A stretch of DNA of 64,000 nucleotides from Myxococcales bacterium (GCA_047601445.1 JASGJH010000001.1:7680001-7744000), one strand, 5' to 3'. Shown: positions 1 to 10,214, numbered from the stretch's first letter. The notes: generated by a model not told the origin, from the letters alone. A program made the numbers and translations.

Positions 1-1
1 T

Positions 2-913
2 ACCGACGACAACGACGCCACGGGGGGACCCGCTTCGGGAGGGCCCGGCTGGCCCGCCTTCCGGAGCGATCCGATGGCCGTCGGCTACGAGCGGGCCATC
101 GCGATGCGCGTCGAGGCCGCACCCATGCTGCCCAGCGTGATCGGCGCCTGGAACTGGAATGGGCAAGCCTGGGTTGATCTCAAGCCCAAGAAGGACGACG
201 TGCGCGCCGAAACCGGCATCGGGGAAGACCCGCTGCGCGTGGGCCCGCGTACCCATGCGTTCTTGCAGATGGACGCCGTGCACGCCATCACCGGCCTCGA
301 CGCGAGCTGCGGCGGCAATCTGCTCTTGCGGACCTACTACGAGCAGCCCGGCACCCCGCGCGCTTTCGGTGACGACACCAAGTCGGGCCCGTGTCGGCCC
401 GCGCTCGATACCAACGGCGATCCCACTGTCATCCACGTGCAATGTACCAACGACGCTCAGTGCCCGAACGATGGCCGCTGCCGTGACGGGGTATGCCTGT
501 TCGCCTACGCCTGCAATGCCGACGTCGATTGCCAGGCCGGCGAGCGCTGCACCGCCAACGCATGCGTGAAGGTGGTCGATCGCACGTGCACCGACGCCAG
601 CCAATGTGACGGTCTAGTGTGTGAGAACGGCATGTGCGTGGCATGTGCGGAGTCCGGCGCCCGCGCCTGTGCTTCGGGCTATGCGTGCAGCCCCGACGGA
701 AGTTGCGTCAACACCGGGCCCATCGACATGAACCCGATGGGCAACGAGGTTTCCGAAGGCGAGGTGCGCGGAGGAGCCTTCAAGTGCAGCGCGCTCCCAG
801 GTGCCCGAGCGGGCGATCTCGCCTTCGCTTGCCTGAGCGTGCTCGGGTTGGCGGCCATCGCGCGTCGCAGGCGCCACAAGCGTGGTGAAGGCAACGAAGG
901 GAGGCAGTCATGA
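2..913 (+). CDS. Cys-rich repeat cell-surface protein with MYXO-CTERM-like C-terminal sorting signal (TraA-like architecture), 5' partial
   Basis: Frame is open from position 2. Tandem Cys-rich repeats (e.g. CTNDAQCPNDGRCRDGVC), then GGAFKCSA, a hydrophobic helix and RRRRHKR. Stop overlaps the next start (ATGA 910-913). Confidence 0.75.
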   Translation, partial: TDDNDATGGPASGGPGWPAFRSDPMAVGYERAIAMRVEAAPMLPSVIGAWNWNGQAWVDLKPKKDDVRAETGIGEDPLRVGPRTHAFLQMDAVHAITGLDASCGGNLLLRTYYEQPGTPRAFGDDTKSGPCRPALDTNGDPTVIHVQCTNDAQCPNDGRCRDGVCLFAYACNADVDCQAGERCTANACVKVVDRTCTDASQCDGLVCENGMCVACAESGARACASGYACSPDGSCVNTGPIDMNPMGNEVSEGEVRGGAFKCSALPGARAGDLAFACLSVLGLAAIARRRRHKRGEGNEGRQS

Positions 914-2502
914 AGCTGCGCTCCATGCTCCAGCGGACCTCTCTGTGGCTGCTCACGCTCGCACTCGTTTCGTTCGGCTCCGCGGCGTTGGCCGAGGACA
1001 TCGCGACCCAGCGCTTCTTGCCCCACGTCACCACGGGCGGCTACTTCCAGACGGAAGGCACCGAAGTGCGCCACCCGGTCGACCCGTTCAGCCTGGGATT
1101 GTGGCTGAACTACGGGGGCAACCCGTTGATCTCGGTCGCGGATGGCGATGTGGTGCGAAAGCAGGTGGCCCACGCGCTCGCCTTCGATCTCACGGCCTCC
1201 TACGCGTTCGCGCACTGGTTCGAACTCGGCTTGCACGTGCCCGTGGCCTATCTGAAGGGCGACGACGTCAACACGGGCGCCCTCGGCGATATCCGCGTGC
1301 TGCCCAAGTTCCGCTTCCTCGACGGCAACAAGCACGCCGTGGGCCTGGCCTTGTTGGCCGACGTTCGTCTGCCCTCGCACACCAACGAGTTCTACGGTGG
1401 AGCACGCCTGCCCGGCTTCGCGCCGCGCCTGTTGTTGGATCACCAGTTCGGGCTCAGCGGCTTCCGCTTGGGCTTGGACGTGGGCGTGTTGATCCAGAAG
1501 GCCACCGACTACCAGAACATCGATGCGGGCGCCGAGCTGCAGGCCGGCCTCGGTATGGGCTACCGCTTCAACCGCGGCCAAGCGCCGGTGGAGTTGATGT
1601 TCGACTTGCGCAGTTTCGTGGGCTTGCAGGAGACCAATGCCGAAGAGGTGGGCCTCGAAGGCCTGCTCGGTGCGGGCATCGACGTAGCGCGCGACTGGAA
1701 GATCAAGGCGGGCGGCGGCCTCGGCCTGCTCGAAGGCTTCGGCATCCCGACCGCGCGTGGCTTCGTGGGCGTGCGCTGGGAGCCTTCACCCAACGATCCC
1801 GATCACGACGGCGTGCGTAGTCCCGAGCCCAGCGAGCGCGATCAGGCTTACGTGGTAAAGGACGAACCTCCGGCGGCAGGGGACGAAGCGGCGGCCGAAG
1901 CCGAGCCCGCCAGCGTGGACGACGTGGACGATGCCGAACGCGCTGCGGCCATCAAGGGTGGCTACGACGCGTGTCCCGACCTGCCCGAGGACCTCGATGG
2001 CGTGGAGGACGAAGACGGTTGTCCCGAGGGCGACACCGACAAGGACGGCGTGCTCGACTACCTCAATCGCTGCCCCGACGAACAGGAGACCATCAACGGT
2101 TTCCAGGACGACGACGGCTGCGAAGACGAGGGCCCGGCGCAAATCGTGATCGAGGAGGGACGCCTGACCATCCTCGAGACCATCCGCTTCGAACCCAACT
2201 CCTCCAAGCTCGACCGACGCTCCGACAAGATCTTGGAGCAGATCGCGCTCACCTTGCGCAAGCACGATGAGATCGACCGGCTCGAGATCGGAGGTCACAC
2301 CGACAGCACGGGTCCGCGTGGTCTCAACATGCGCCTCTCGCGCGAGCGCGCGCGCTCGGTGCGTCAGTGGTTGCTCGGGCGCGGCATCAAGCCAGAGCGC
2401 CTGAGCGCGCGCGGCTACGGCCCCGACAAGCCCATCGCAGACAACAACACCGACTCGGGTAGGACCCAGAACCGCCGCGTGGAGTTCCTGCTGGTGAGGT
2501 AG
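910..2502 (+). CDS. Outer-membrane beta-barrel + thrombospondin type-3 repeats + OmpA peptidoglycan-binding domain protein (TraB-like)
   Basis: Signal peptide, amphipathic beta strands, DxCPDxPEDxDGxxDxDGCP repeats, OmpA motifs GHTDSTG, LSRERA, GYG and NRRVEF. Confidence 0.85.
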   Translation: MKLRSMLQRTSLWLLTLALVSFGSAALAEDIATQRFLPHVTTGGYFQTEGTEVRHPVDPFSLGLWLNYGGNPLISVADGDVVRKQVAHALAFDLTASYAFAHWFELGLHVPVAYLKGDDVNTGALGDIRVLPKFRFLDGNKHAVGLALLADVRLPSHTNEFYGGARLPGFAPRLLLDHQFGLSGFRLGLDVGVLIQKATDYQNIDAGAELQAGLGMGYRFNRGQAPVELMFDLRSFVGLQETNAEEVGLEGLLGAGIDVARDWKIKAGGGLGLLEGFGIPTARGFVGVRWEPSPNDPDHDGVRSPEPSERDQAYVVKDEPPAAGDEAAAEAEPASVDDVDDAERAAAIKGGYDACPDLPEDLDGVEDEDGCPEGDTDKDGVLDYLNRCPDEQETINGFQDDDGCEDEGPAQIVIEEGRLTILETIRFEPNSSKLDRRSDKILEQIALTLRKHDEIDRLEIGGHTDSTGPRGLNMRLSRERARSVRQWLLGRGIKPERLSARGYGPDKPIADNNTDSGRTQNRRVEFLLVR

Positions 2503-2515
2503 GGACGTCATCACG

Positions 2516-2537
2516 GGGGAGGTCACGCGACCTCCCC
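2516..2537 (+). terminator. GC-rich hairpin after the TraB-like gene
   Basis: GGGGAGGTC-ACGC-GACCTCCCC, 9-bp perfect stem, no U-tract. Confidence 0.35.
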
Positions 2538-2645
2538 GCCCGTCGCGGCCAAGCCGCGTCGGGACCCGCCCGCCCCAGCGATTCGCCTTGCTCACGCGGT
2601 TCCTCGAACCTGGCGCCGGTCTCCCCTTCGTGGTCTCCTCCCGTC

Positions 2646-3779
2646 ATGGCTGCACGCAAGAAGACGGGGGGCACCGCGGGGGACAAGGCGCCGGCTCCGG
2701 CTCCCGAAGGCTTCACACTCCAGGCGCCCATCGAGCCCATGTTGGCCAAGCTCAGCGAAGAGCTGCCGCAGGCGGAGGGGTTCGCCTTCGAGCCCAAGTG
2801 GGATGGCTTCCGGGCCATCGTGTTCCGCAAGGGCAGCCTGCTCTACATCCAGAGCCGCGATCTCAGGCCCCTCGATCGCTACTTTCCGGAGCTCCACGAC
2901 GTGTTGCTGGAGCGTCTGCCTGAAGACTGCGTGGTGGACGGCGAGATCGTGATCGCCACCGAGCACGGGCTCAGCTTCGACCTGCTGCAGATGCGCCTGC
3001 ATCCGGCGGCCTCGCGCGTGGCCAAGCTCGCTCAGCAAACGCCATCGTCGTTCGTGGCCTTCGACCTGCTCGCGCTGAATGGGGAAGACCTGCGCGCCCG
3101 GCCCTACCGTGAGCGACGCGAGCGACTCGAGACCGCGCTCGGCGGCGTGCAACCTCCGGTCTACGTGACCCCTATCACGCGGGATCGGGCCCTGGCGGTG
3201 GAATGGTTGGCCCGCTTCGAGGGCGCGGGCCTCGACGGTGTGATCGCCAAGCCCGAGAAGGGCGCCTACGAGCCAGGCAAACGCTCCATGCTCAAGATCA
3301 AGCACGCGCGCACGGCCGAGTGCGTGGTGGCGGGCTTTCGCTGGCACAAGAACGGCAAGAACGAGCTCGTGGGTTCACTTTTGCTGGGGCTCTACGACGG
3401 GGAGGGCACCTTGCATCACGTGGGCATCACCTCGTCGTTCACCAACGCCAAGCGCGCCGAGTTGGCGAAAGAGTTCGAGCCCTTTCGCGAGAACGCCCTC
3501 GAGCACCACCCGTGGCGCGCGTGGGCCGAGCACAGTGAGAGCACGCGCATGCCCGGCGGTCAGAGCCGCTGGAGCCAGGGCAAGGACCTCTCCTGGGAAC
3601 CCTTGCGCATCGAGCGCGTATGCGAAGTGAAGTACGACCACCTGCAGGGCGACCGGTTCCGTCACGCCACCACGTTCCTGCGCTGGCGCCCCGACAAGAA
3701 GCCTGAGGATTGCCGCTACGATCAGCTCGAGACGACGCCGCCGTACGAGCTAGCGAAGGTGTTCTCGCACAACAGTTGA
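2646..3779 (+). CDS. ligC: ATP-dependent DNA ligase, LigC-type
   Basis: PMLA, adenylation motif EPKWDGFR, VDGEIV, AFDLL, GLDGVIAK; C-terminal SRW...W.PLR.E.VCEV.YD..QG.RFRH typical of LigC. Confidence 0.9.
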   Translation: MAARKKTGGTAGDKAPAPAPEGFTLQAPIEPMLAKLSEELPQAEGFAFEPKWDGFRAIVFRKGSLLYIQSRDLRPLDRYFPELHDVLLERLPEDCVVDGEIVIATEHGLSFDLLQMRLHPAASRVAKLAQQTPSSFVAFDLLALNGEDLRARPYRERRERLETALGGVQPPVYVTPITRDRALAVEWLARFEGAGLDGVIAKPEKGAYEPGKRSMLKIKHARTAECVVAGFRWHKNGKNELVGSLLLGLYDGEGTLHHVGITSSFTNAKRAELAKEFEPFRENALEHHPWRAWAEHSESTRMPGGQSRWSQGKDLSWEPLRIERVCEVKYDHLQGDRFRHATTFLRWRPDKKPEDCRYDQLETTPPYELAKVFSHNS

Positions 3780-4062
3780 AGTCACTGGGCCAGGCTGTGG
3801 CCCACGTTCTGTCCTCTAACCGCTCGGATGGGGACAACTCGCGAGTCGTCGAGCGTAACGACAGCTAACTAGTCGGCAAGGAAAGATTGCTTGTTGTCGC
3901 ACGGCTCATCTGCGCAAGCTGGCGACACTTATCGAGCGTTCGCGGTCCTTCCCGCTGCTCCGTTGGCACCCTGGCGACAAGGGCTGGCGGAGCGGCGAGA
4001 GCGCACCGCTGCGTAGTGACTGCCCGGTCCAGGGACCGGCTTGGCTTGGAAAGAGCTGCCTC

Positions 4063-5286
4063 ATGCCTCGCGCATTCGGTCGACGACGACTACCCGTCAA
4101 TATCCCACTGCAATGCCGCAGAGGGCCCGAACCAGCGACAGGGTCGACGCTGGCGCGGTGCGCCGTGCTCGGTCTGCTCATCGCTTGTGGCTCCGACGCC
4201 ACCGGTCCCGGCTCGCACGGGCTGTTCGATGGAGGCAGCACGGAGGACACGACGGTTGGCGACGCTCCCAACGACACAGACCCTGCCGACGCCAGCCATC
4301 GCAGCGACGCAGACGCTGATCCTCCAGTCGAGGGTGGGACCGAGCCCACGAGGGATGCGAGCGCCGAGCGCTGTGAGCCGATGGACGCCGGCGCCAGCGA
4401 CACCGCGGAGTGCCCCGATATCGTCGACGCATTCCCCACCACGGGCGTATGCGCCAATGGCTGGACGTTTCGCGTGCGTATGGCCGGCCCAGAGACCGGC
4501 GAACCCGTCGTCCTCCTGCACGGCTTTCCCGAGAGCTCCTACGAGTGGAGTGCCCAGCTCCGGTCGCTGTCGACGGCGGGCTATCGCGTGATCGCTCCCG
4601 ACCAGCGCGGTTACTCCCCCGGCGCGCGTCCAATGGCGCCAGAGGCGTACAAGCTGCAAGAGCTGGTCGCCGATGTACTTGCCATCGCCGACGCGGTGGG
4701 GGCGCGCCGATTTCACCTGGTCGGGCACGACTGGGGAGGTGCCGTCGGTTGGTACCTCGCGCAGATCGCGCCCGAGCGAGTGATCTCTCTGACCTCCGTG
4801 TCCACGCCGAACAGCGGTGCGTTCCAGGCCAAGCTCGCAGACGAGAAGTCTTGCCAGTACGCTGCGTCGTCTTACTTCGAAATGTTCACCGACCCTAACT
4901 TCCCGAGCGCGCTGCTCGCCCTGAACGGCGCCGGCCTGAGCTTCCTGTTCAGCGAGCTCCCCGCGGACTCCCGGTGTGTCTACTTCCACAACATGAATGA
5001 CGAGGCGGCCCTCAAAGCGGCGCTCAACTGGTACGTCGCCAACGTCGCGGGCCGGCGCATCGTCGGCGAGGTGGGCCGGATCACCGTGCCTACGCTGCTG
5101 ATGTGGGGCGATCAGGATCCCTATTTTTGCCGGGACACCGTCGAGCTCAGCGGAGACTACGTCGATGCTCCCTACCGACTGGAAATCATCGCGGGCGGAG
5201 GCCACTGGTTGCCTGAAGGGAGCTCCGATCGCGTGAGCTTGCTGCTCCTTGAGCATCTGGCGGCGAACCGCACCCAACGACAGTAA
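4063..5286 (+). CDS. Alpha/beta hydrolase (epoxide hydrolase-like) with lipoprotein N-terminus
   Basis: LLHGFP, APDQRGY, GHDWGG nucleophile elbow, WGDQD, GHW; lipobox LIAC. Start uncertain. Confidence 0.85.
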   Translation: MPRAFGRRRLPVNIPLQCRRGPEPATGSTLARCAVLGLLIACGSDATGPGSHGLFDGGSTEDTTVGDAPNDTDPADASHRSDADADPPVEGGTEPTRDASAERCEPMDAGASDTAECPDIVDAFPTTGVCANGWTFRVRMAGPETGEPVVLLHGFPESSYEWSAQLRSLSTAGYRVIAPDQRGYSPGARPMAPEAYKLQELVADVLAIADAVGARRFHLVGHDWGGAVGWYLAQIAPERVISLTSVSTPNSGAFQAKLADEKSCQYAASSYFEMFTDPNFPSALLALNGAGLSFLFSELPADSRCVYFHNMNDEAALKAALNWYVANVAGRRIVGEVGRITVPTLLMWGDQDPYFCRDTVELSGDYVDAPYRLEIIAGGGHWLPEGSSDRVSLLLLEHLAANRTQRQ

Positions 5287-5431
5287 GGAAACAGGTTCGT
5301 AGCTCGGCGCTGTTTTGCACTCAGCGAGATGATGGCTTTGTCCATCGTGGGCTCAAGTGAGGAGGCTGGTTTCTGCTCGACGCCCTAGCGTTTCGTGCAC
5401 GACGACGCCGAGCCCCGTCCAATTCTCTCTT

Positions 5432-6622
5432 TCAACAAGCCTCCACTGCCTCTCCCGATTGCAACGTGCACATGCCTCCCACCGGATCCCCCGCGCTGCG
5501 GATGACCTCCTCCGCCGTCGGCTCGAGATACGTACCCGTGAGCTCCATGTCGACCATGCGCACGATGGCCTGATCCAACCGGGTCACGAAGTAGCAGGGG
5601 ATGCTCGGCTCCTTGTGCGGGCCGCCCACGCCCGAGTCGTCCGTGAGGAACAGGTAGCGTCCACCCGTGAGTTGGGCGGCGCCGCGCATGCTCAGCTCGA
5701 GCAAGTCGTCCGTGCCGCTCGCCGAGACTGGATACAGGTGAATGCCCTTGCGGCGCGCGCCGCGGATCGCTTCGAGCATGTCGGTGGCCTTGTTCGTGTG
5801 ATGCGGAGCATCGGCGACCCAAAACGCGAGCTTCGCCGTGTCGTTGCCAGTGCGCCATGACAATTGGTTCATGGCCGCAAGGGCGGCATCGGGCGCCTCG
5901 GGCGTATCGCCACCGCCTCCGGCCGATTGCTTGCTCAGGGCATTGCGTGTCTGTTCGGCGCCATCGGCGAAGTCCACCGTGCGCACGACGTAGGCATCGC
6001 CCGTGTCGCGGTAGGCGATCATGGACCAGCGCTGCGCGGCGTTGGGGAAGCGCTCGGCCAAGGTCTTGGAGATGGAGCTGAGCTCCGTCTCCAGGTAGTC
6101 GAGCTCGTCGGCCATGCTGCCGGTGGTGTCGATTACCAGAGCCACATCGAGGCTGACCTTGGCGGGACGTACGCCTCCGAACTCTTGCTGGGCCGCTTGC
6201 TGCTCCTCGGCCGTGAACTGGATCGCGCCCGAAAATTGATTGCTTATCAGGGGGGACTGATAGGCCTTGAAGCGCTCGAAGTTGCGGTTGTCGTCCCAGG
6301 CGCCCGCCGTGAGCGTGCCGGCCTGTGGCTCCGGCTGGGCAGCGCCGCCTGCGGCAGGGTCGAGCGGATCCGCAGCGCTGTCGCCGTCGCCGCTATCGAT
6401 GTCCCCACTCGCCTCCGAGGAGTCGTCCCCGCCCTCTTCGCCGCCTCCATACTCGGACCCGTATCCCGAGCGCCCGCTGGTATCGCCAGAAGATGTCGCC
6501 GGGAAATCACCCTTTGAATCATCCGCGCAGCCCGCGAGTCCACCCAGACACAGCGCCACGCTGATCGCGGCGATGGACCGAGAGCCGCGTAACCTGGCCG
6601 ACCGAAGTTCAAGCTCGAGCAT
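5432..6622 (-). CDS. VWA-domain lipoprotein
   Basis: Lipobox LAGC, acidic Gly-rich linker, MIDAS motif DTTGSM, GGGDTPEA. Confidence 0.85.
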   Translation of the reverse strand: MLELELRSARLRGSRSIAAISVALCLGGLAGCADDSKGDFPATSSGDTSGRSGYGSEYGGGEEGGDDSSEASGDIDSGDGDSAADPLDPAAGGAAQPEPQAGTLTAGAWDDNRNFERFKAYQSPLISNQFSGAIQFTAEEQQAAQQEFGGVRPAKVSLDVALVIDTTGSMADELDYLETELSSISKTLAERFPNAAQRWSMIAYRDTGDAYVVRTVDFADGAEQTRNALSKQSAGGGGDTPEAPDAALAAMNQLSWRTGNDTAKLAFWVADAPHHTNKATDMLEAIRGARRKGIHLYPVSASGTDDLLELSMRGAAQLTGGRYLFLTDDSGVGGPHKEPSIPCYFVTRLDQAIVRMVDMELTGTYLEPTAEEVIRSAGDPVGGMCTLQSGEAVEAC

Positions 6623-6673
6623 GGATCCCTCCTAAGCGGCGCGCCGGGAGTGGAGCGCGCCGGGACCGCAACG

Positions 6674-6689
6674 AGCAACTTGCGAGCCA
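6674..6689 (-). promoter_or_regulatory. Sigma-54 (-24/-12) promoter of the VWA lipoprotein
   Basis: Minus strand TGGCTCGCAAGTTGCT = GG-N10-GC with canonical TTGC, about 50 bp upstream of the start. Confidence 0.65.
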
Positions 6690-6774
6690 AGCCTCGAGAC
6701 CCTGAATTCACGATGTTTTGGCGTATCACCCTGGGTCGAACTGTGTCAGACGGATCCGGGTGACGGTCGGGGCT

Positions 6775-8052
6775 TCAGTTCCAACCCGGCGTCTCGTCCG
6801 GATCCAAGGCTTCTTGAGCTGGCCGAATCGCCTCGGGCACGTGCTGCAGGTTGATGCGAATCCGGGTCCACGTGGTGTGACGCCCGCGCATCGAGTCCAC
6901 CAGCACGTCCGCCTCCTGCAGGTGCTGCGCCGCCTCCGGGTGTCGCTCCTTCCAGCGCGCCAGCCCCGCCAGGGCCGCGTCCTTCTTGGGGGAGCGTGCG
7001 ATTTCGATCAGCGGATGCTTGGGCGTTCGCCGGCCGGACGATGGGCTCTTCTTGGCGCGCGACGGCGCCACACGCGTGGGTTCGTCGGCTTGCTTGCGGT
7101 AGTGGGGCGGCCACGGGGCGTCGCCTTGGCCTGCCTTCTCCTGTTGCTCCGATAGCTCGAGGAGCTTGTCGATGGAGAAGGCGCGTGCGTCGATGTCTTG
7201 GTGACGATCTCCGAGCTCGGCGAATCGCTTGGGCATCGTGAGCATGGTGAAGTCTTCAGGCTGACAGTCCGCGAGCTCTTGCCAGTTCAAGGGAGCGGAC
7301 ACGCGCGCATCCGCGGTGGGGCGCACCGAGTAGGCGCTGCAGACGGTGCGATCCTTGGCGTTCTGGTTGTAGTCGATGAACACGCCATGACGCTCCTCCT
7401 TCCACCACTTGCTGGTGGCCAAGGTAGGGGCGCGCCGCTCCACCTCGCGCGCCAGGGCCAAGGCTGCGCGGCGTACCTTGTCGAAGCCATGACGCGGCTC
7501 GATGCGCACCTGGATGTGGATGCCGCGTGAACCCGAGGTCTTGGGCCAACCCACCATGCCGAGGTCGGACAACGTCTCGTGCACCACCATGGCCACCTGG
7601 CGGATCTGCGGCCAGGTCACGCCCGGCACCGGGTCGAGGTCCACGCGCAGTTCATCTGGATGTGCGAGGTCCTCGGCGCGCACCGGGTGCGGGTGCAGCT
7701 CGAGGCACGCCAGGTTGGCCATCCAGATCAGCGCGGCGGCATTGCGGGGCACTACCTCTTCGGCGCTGCGGCCAGAGGGGAAACGCAAGCTGATCACGTC
7801 GACGAAGTCGGGGCGGGAGCTGGGTGCGCGCTTCTGGTAGAAGAACTCGGCGCCCACGCCGTCCGGGTAGCGCACCAGCACGTTGGGACGGCCGCCCGCG
7901 TGACGCAGCGCGCCCTCGGCCACCGAGAGATAGTAGAGAGCCAGGTGGCGCTTGCTGAGGCCGAGCTCGGGGAACAGCACCTTTTGAGGGTTCGTGATGG
8001 CCACGTCGTGGCCTGCCACGCGGATGATTTCGCGCTCTGCCTGCTTGGCCAC
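6775..8052 (-). CDS. Stand-alone LigD-type primase-polymerase (AEP family), resembling mycobacterial PolD/Prim-Pol proteins
   Basis: ITNPQKVLFP, RYPDG...FFYQK, PDELRVDLDP, KTSGSRGIH, FIDYNQN. GTG start at 8052 with GGGAG upstream; the longer 8949 ORF is a shadow of the opposite-strand gene. Confidence 0.88.
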   Translation of the reverse strand: MAKQAEREIIRVAGHDVAITNPQKVLFPELGLSKRHLALYYLSVAEGALRHAGGRPNVLVRYPDGVGAEFFYQKRAPSSRPDFVDVISLRFPSGRSAEEVVPRNAAALIWMANLACLELHPHPVRAEDLAHPDELRVDLDPVPGVTWPQIRQVAMVVHETLSDLGMVGWPKTSGSRGIHIQVRIEPRHGFDKVRRAALALAREVERRAPTLATSKWWKEERHGVFIDYNQNAKDRTVCSAYSVRPTADARVSAPLNWQELADCQPEDFTMLTMPKRFAELGDRHQDIDARAFSIDKLLELSEQQEKAGQGDAPWPPHYRKQADEPTRVAPSRAKKSPSSGRRTPKHPLIEIARSPKKDAALAGLARWKERHPEAAQHLQEADVLVDSMRGRHTTWTRIRINLQHVPEAIRPAQEALDPDETPGWN

Positions 8053-8163
8053 TTGAGCTCTCCCTGCGCACCCCGCGGGTGCTTCCTTCGACGTTATGCC
8101 ACGCCCCGGGAGAGGACAAAGTTCTGCAACTGGAGCCGATTGTGTGGCAGGTTGGCCTCGAGC

Positions 8164-9237
8164 ATGGAGCGCCAACGCAAGCTGTGTGATCTGCTGGGCA
8201 TCGAGCTGCCCATCGTGCAAGCGCCCATGGCGGGAGCCCAGGATCCCCAGTTGGCTGTGGCGGTGGCGAGCGCAGGCGGACTCGCATCGTTGCCCTGCGC
8301 GATGCTGAGCCCGGAGCAAATTCGCACCCAGGTCCGCGCCTTCCGTGCGTGCGCCGAGCGTTCGCTCAATCTCAACTTCTTTTGTCACTCCGCGCCCAGC
8401 CCAGACCCGGCGCGTGACCAGGCTTGGCGCACCCGGCTCGCGCCCTACTACGCCGAGCTCCACGCCCCCGAGGCCACGCTGCCCGCGCCGCTGCGGGCGC
8501 CCTTCGACGCGACGCTCTGCGAGGTCGTGGAGGAGCTGAGACCGAGCGCGGTGAGCTTTCACTTCGGTCTTCCTTCGCCGGCGCTGCTCGAGCGCGTCCG
8601 GGCCACGGGTGCGGTCGTCTTGAGCTCGGCCACCACCGTTGCCGAGGCGCGCGCGCTCGAGGACCAAGGCTGCGACGTGATCATCGCCCAGGGGGCCGAA
8701 GCTGGCGGTCATCGCGGCATGTTCTTGACGGACCGCGTGGCTTCGCAGGTAGGCACGCTGGCCCTGGTGCCCCAGGTGGTCGACGCCGTGAAGGTGCCCG
8801 TGCTGGCGGCAGGTGGCATCGCCGATGCCCGCGGTGTGTTGGCGGCCATCGCGCTGGGTGCGTCTGGTGTCCAGGTGGGCACTGCGTATCTCAAGTGCCG
8901 GGAGAGCACCGTCAGCGCGCTCCACCGAGCCGCCCTGGCGGCTGCGCAAGACGACTCCACCCAGCTCACCAACGTGTTCACGGGGCGACCGGCCCGCTCG
9001 CTGGTGAACAGGTTGGTGCGCGAGGTCGGTCCGCTGAGCGCGGATGCGCCGGAGTTTCCCGGGGCGGCGTCAGCACTCGCGCCGTTGCGTGCGCTCGCGG
9101 AAGCGCAAGGAGCGAGTGATTTCTCACCGCTTTGGTCGGGCCAAGCGGCGGCGCTCGCTCGCGCCGAGAGCGCCTCGGAGCTCACGCGAGCCCTGTGGAG
9201 CGATGCTCTGGACCTGCTCGGTAAGCTGAAAAGCTGA
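8164..9237 (+). CDS. Nitronate monooxygenase family flavin oxidoreductase
   Basis: LGIELPIVQAPMAG, QGAEAGGHRG, AAGGIAD, TNVFTGRPAR, LWSGQ. Confidence 0.9.
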   Translation: MERQRKLCDLLGIELPIVQAPMAGAQDPQLAVAVASAGGLASLPCAMLSPEQIRTQVRAFRACAERSLNLNFFCHSAPSPDPARDQAWRTRLAPYYAELHAPEATLPAPLRAPFDATLCEVVEELRPSAVSFHFGLPSPALLERVRATGAVVLSSATTVAEARALEDQGCDVIIAQGAEAGGHRGMFLTDRVASQVGTLALVPQVVDAVKVPVLAAGGIADARGVLAAIALGASGVQVGTAYLKCRESTVSALHRAALAAAQDDSTQLTNVFTGRPARSLVNRLVREVGPLSADAPEFPGAASALAPLRALAEAQGASDFSPLWSGQAAALARAESASELTRALWSDALDLLGKLKS

Positions 9238-9274
9238 GCAAAAACCTGAGGTGCTGTCCCTGGTTCCCGCGTCT

Positions 9275-9502
9275 CTAGGGCTTGGGCGGGATCTCGGTCC
9301 AGTGCCGGCGGTCGCCTACCCAGAGCTCCGGTTCGCCGGCCTCGCTCTCGCGGGTGACCACGAAGCGCCCCTCCGCGTCCGGGCCGCCGTTCATGACCAC
9401 GCCCGCTTGCGGGTCCACCGTCATGTGGGGTGCGTCCGGGTGAGCATCGCGCTCGAGCCAGGTCCATGCTTTCGGGCGGAAGTTGCGGTCGCGCGTGGTC
9501 AT
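9275..9502 (-). CDS. Small hypothetical protein (75 aa)
   Basis: ATG at 9502; protein-like composition (MTTRDRNFRPKAWTW...HWTEIPPKP); fills the gap between flanking genes. Confidence 0.45.
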   Translation of the reverse strand: MTTRDRNFRPKAWTWLERDAHPDAPHMTVDPQAGVVMNGGPDAEGRFVVTRESEAGEPELWVGDRRHWTEIPPKP

Positions 9503-9614
9503 GTACACGGATGGTACAAAAGCCAACGTGGGGCTGATCGGGCTTCGCACCGAAGCGTGATCAACTTCACCGTTCAGCGGGAACAACGAGCTTTGGTGTA
9601 CACTGCCCGTCGTA

Positions 9615-10214
9615 GTGGACCAAGAGAGCCTCGTCGCGCTGCCGACCACCTTGTCGCCGTTGACCTCGGTGCGCAGCACGCTCATCCAGTCCTCCTTGAA
9701 CACACTGCGTCAACGCGGCCACTTCGACCGCTACCGCGACCTGGTCCACCCCGAGCACCGCGAGACCATCCTCGGTTCGCTCGCACCCGAGTGGCTGCCC
9801 ATCGACGTGGCCATGGCGCACTACGCGGCCTGCGATGCGCTGCAGATGAGCGCGCAAGAGCTCCACGAGATCGGCGAAGAGGTCGGCAACCGCATTCAGG
9901 GCACGTTCCTCGATCACATCGTGCGGCGCGCGCGCGCCATGGGGCTCACGCCCTGGATTCCGCTGGCTCAAATCGGGCGCCTCTGGGAACGCCTCTTCGA
10001 GGGCGGCGCGCCCGGGCTGACGAAGGTGGGACCCAAAGATGCCATGGTCGACCTGCGCAACCTCAAGCTCTGCCGCTATGCCTATTTTCGGGCGGCGTTT
10101 TGCGGCGTGCTCACGTCGGGCATCAAGCTCGGTGCCGGCCGCGCGGTTCACACGCGCATCCTCGACCTGCGCGAGCCCGAGCATCGCATGCGCGTACGGG
10201 TGGAGTGGGTCTGA
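9615..10214 (+). CDS. Myxobacterial hypothetical protein (DUF2378/TIGR02265-like)
   Basis: Typical layout of this paralogous family: WLPI, IG..VG, W.RLF.GG, C-terminal RVEW. Confidence 0.65.
   Translation: MDQESLVALPTTLSPLTSVRSTLIQSSLNTLRQRGHFDRYRDLVHPEHRETILGSLAPEWLPIDVAMAHYAACDALQMSAQELHEIGEEVGNRIQGTFLDHIVRRARAMGLTPWIPLAQIGRLWERLFEGGAPGLTKVGPKDAMVDLRNLKLCRYAYFRAAFCGVLTSGIKLGAGRAVHTRILDLREPEHRMRVRVEWV

Noticed and set aside
8053..8949. Apparent long N-terminal extensions/overlap of the Prim-Pol (724 aa) and nitronate monooxygenase (552 aa) ORFs
   Set aside because: These are antisense shadow frames of each other; true starts are 8052 (-) and 8164 (+).
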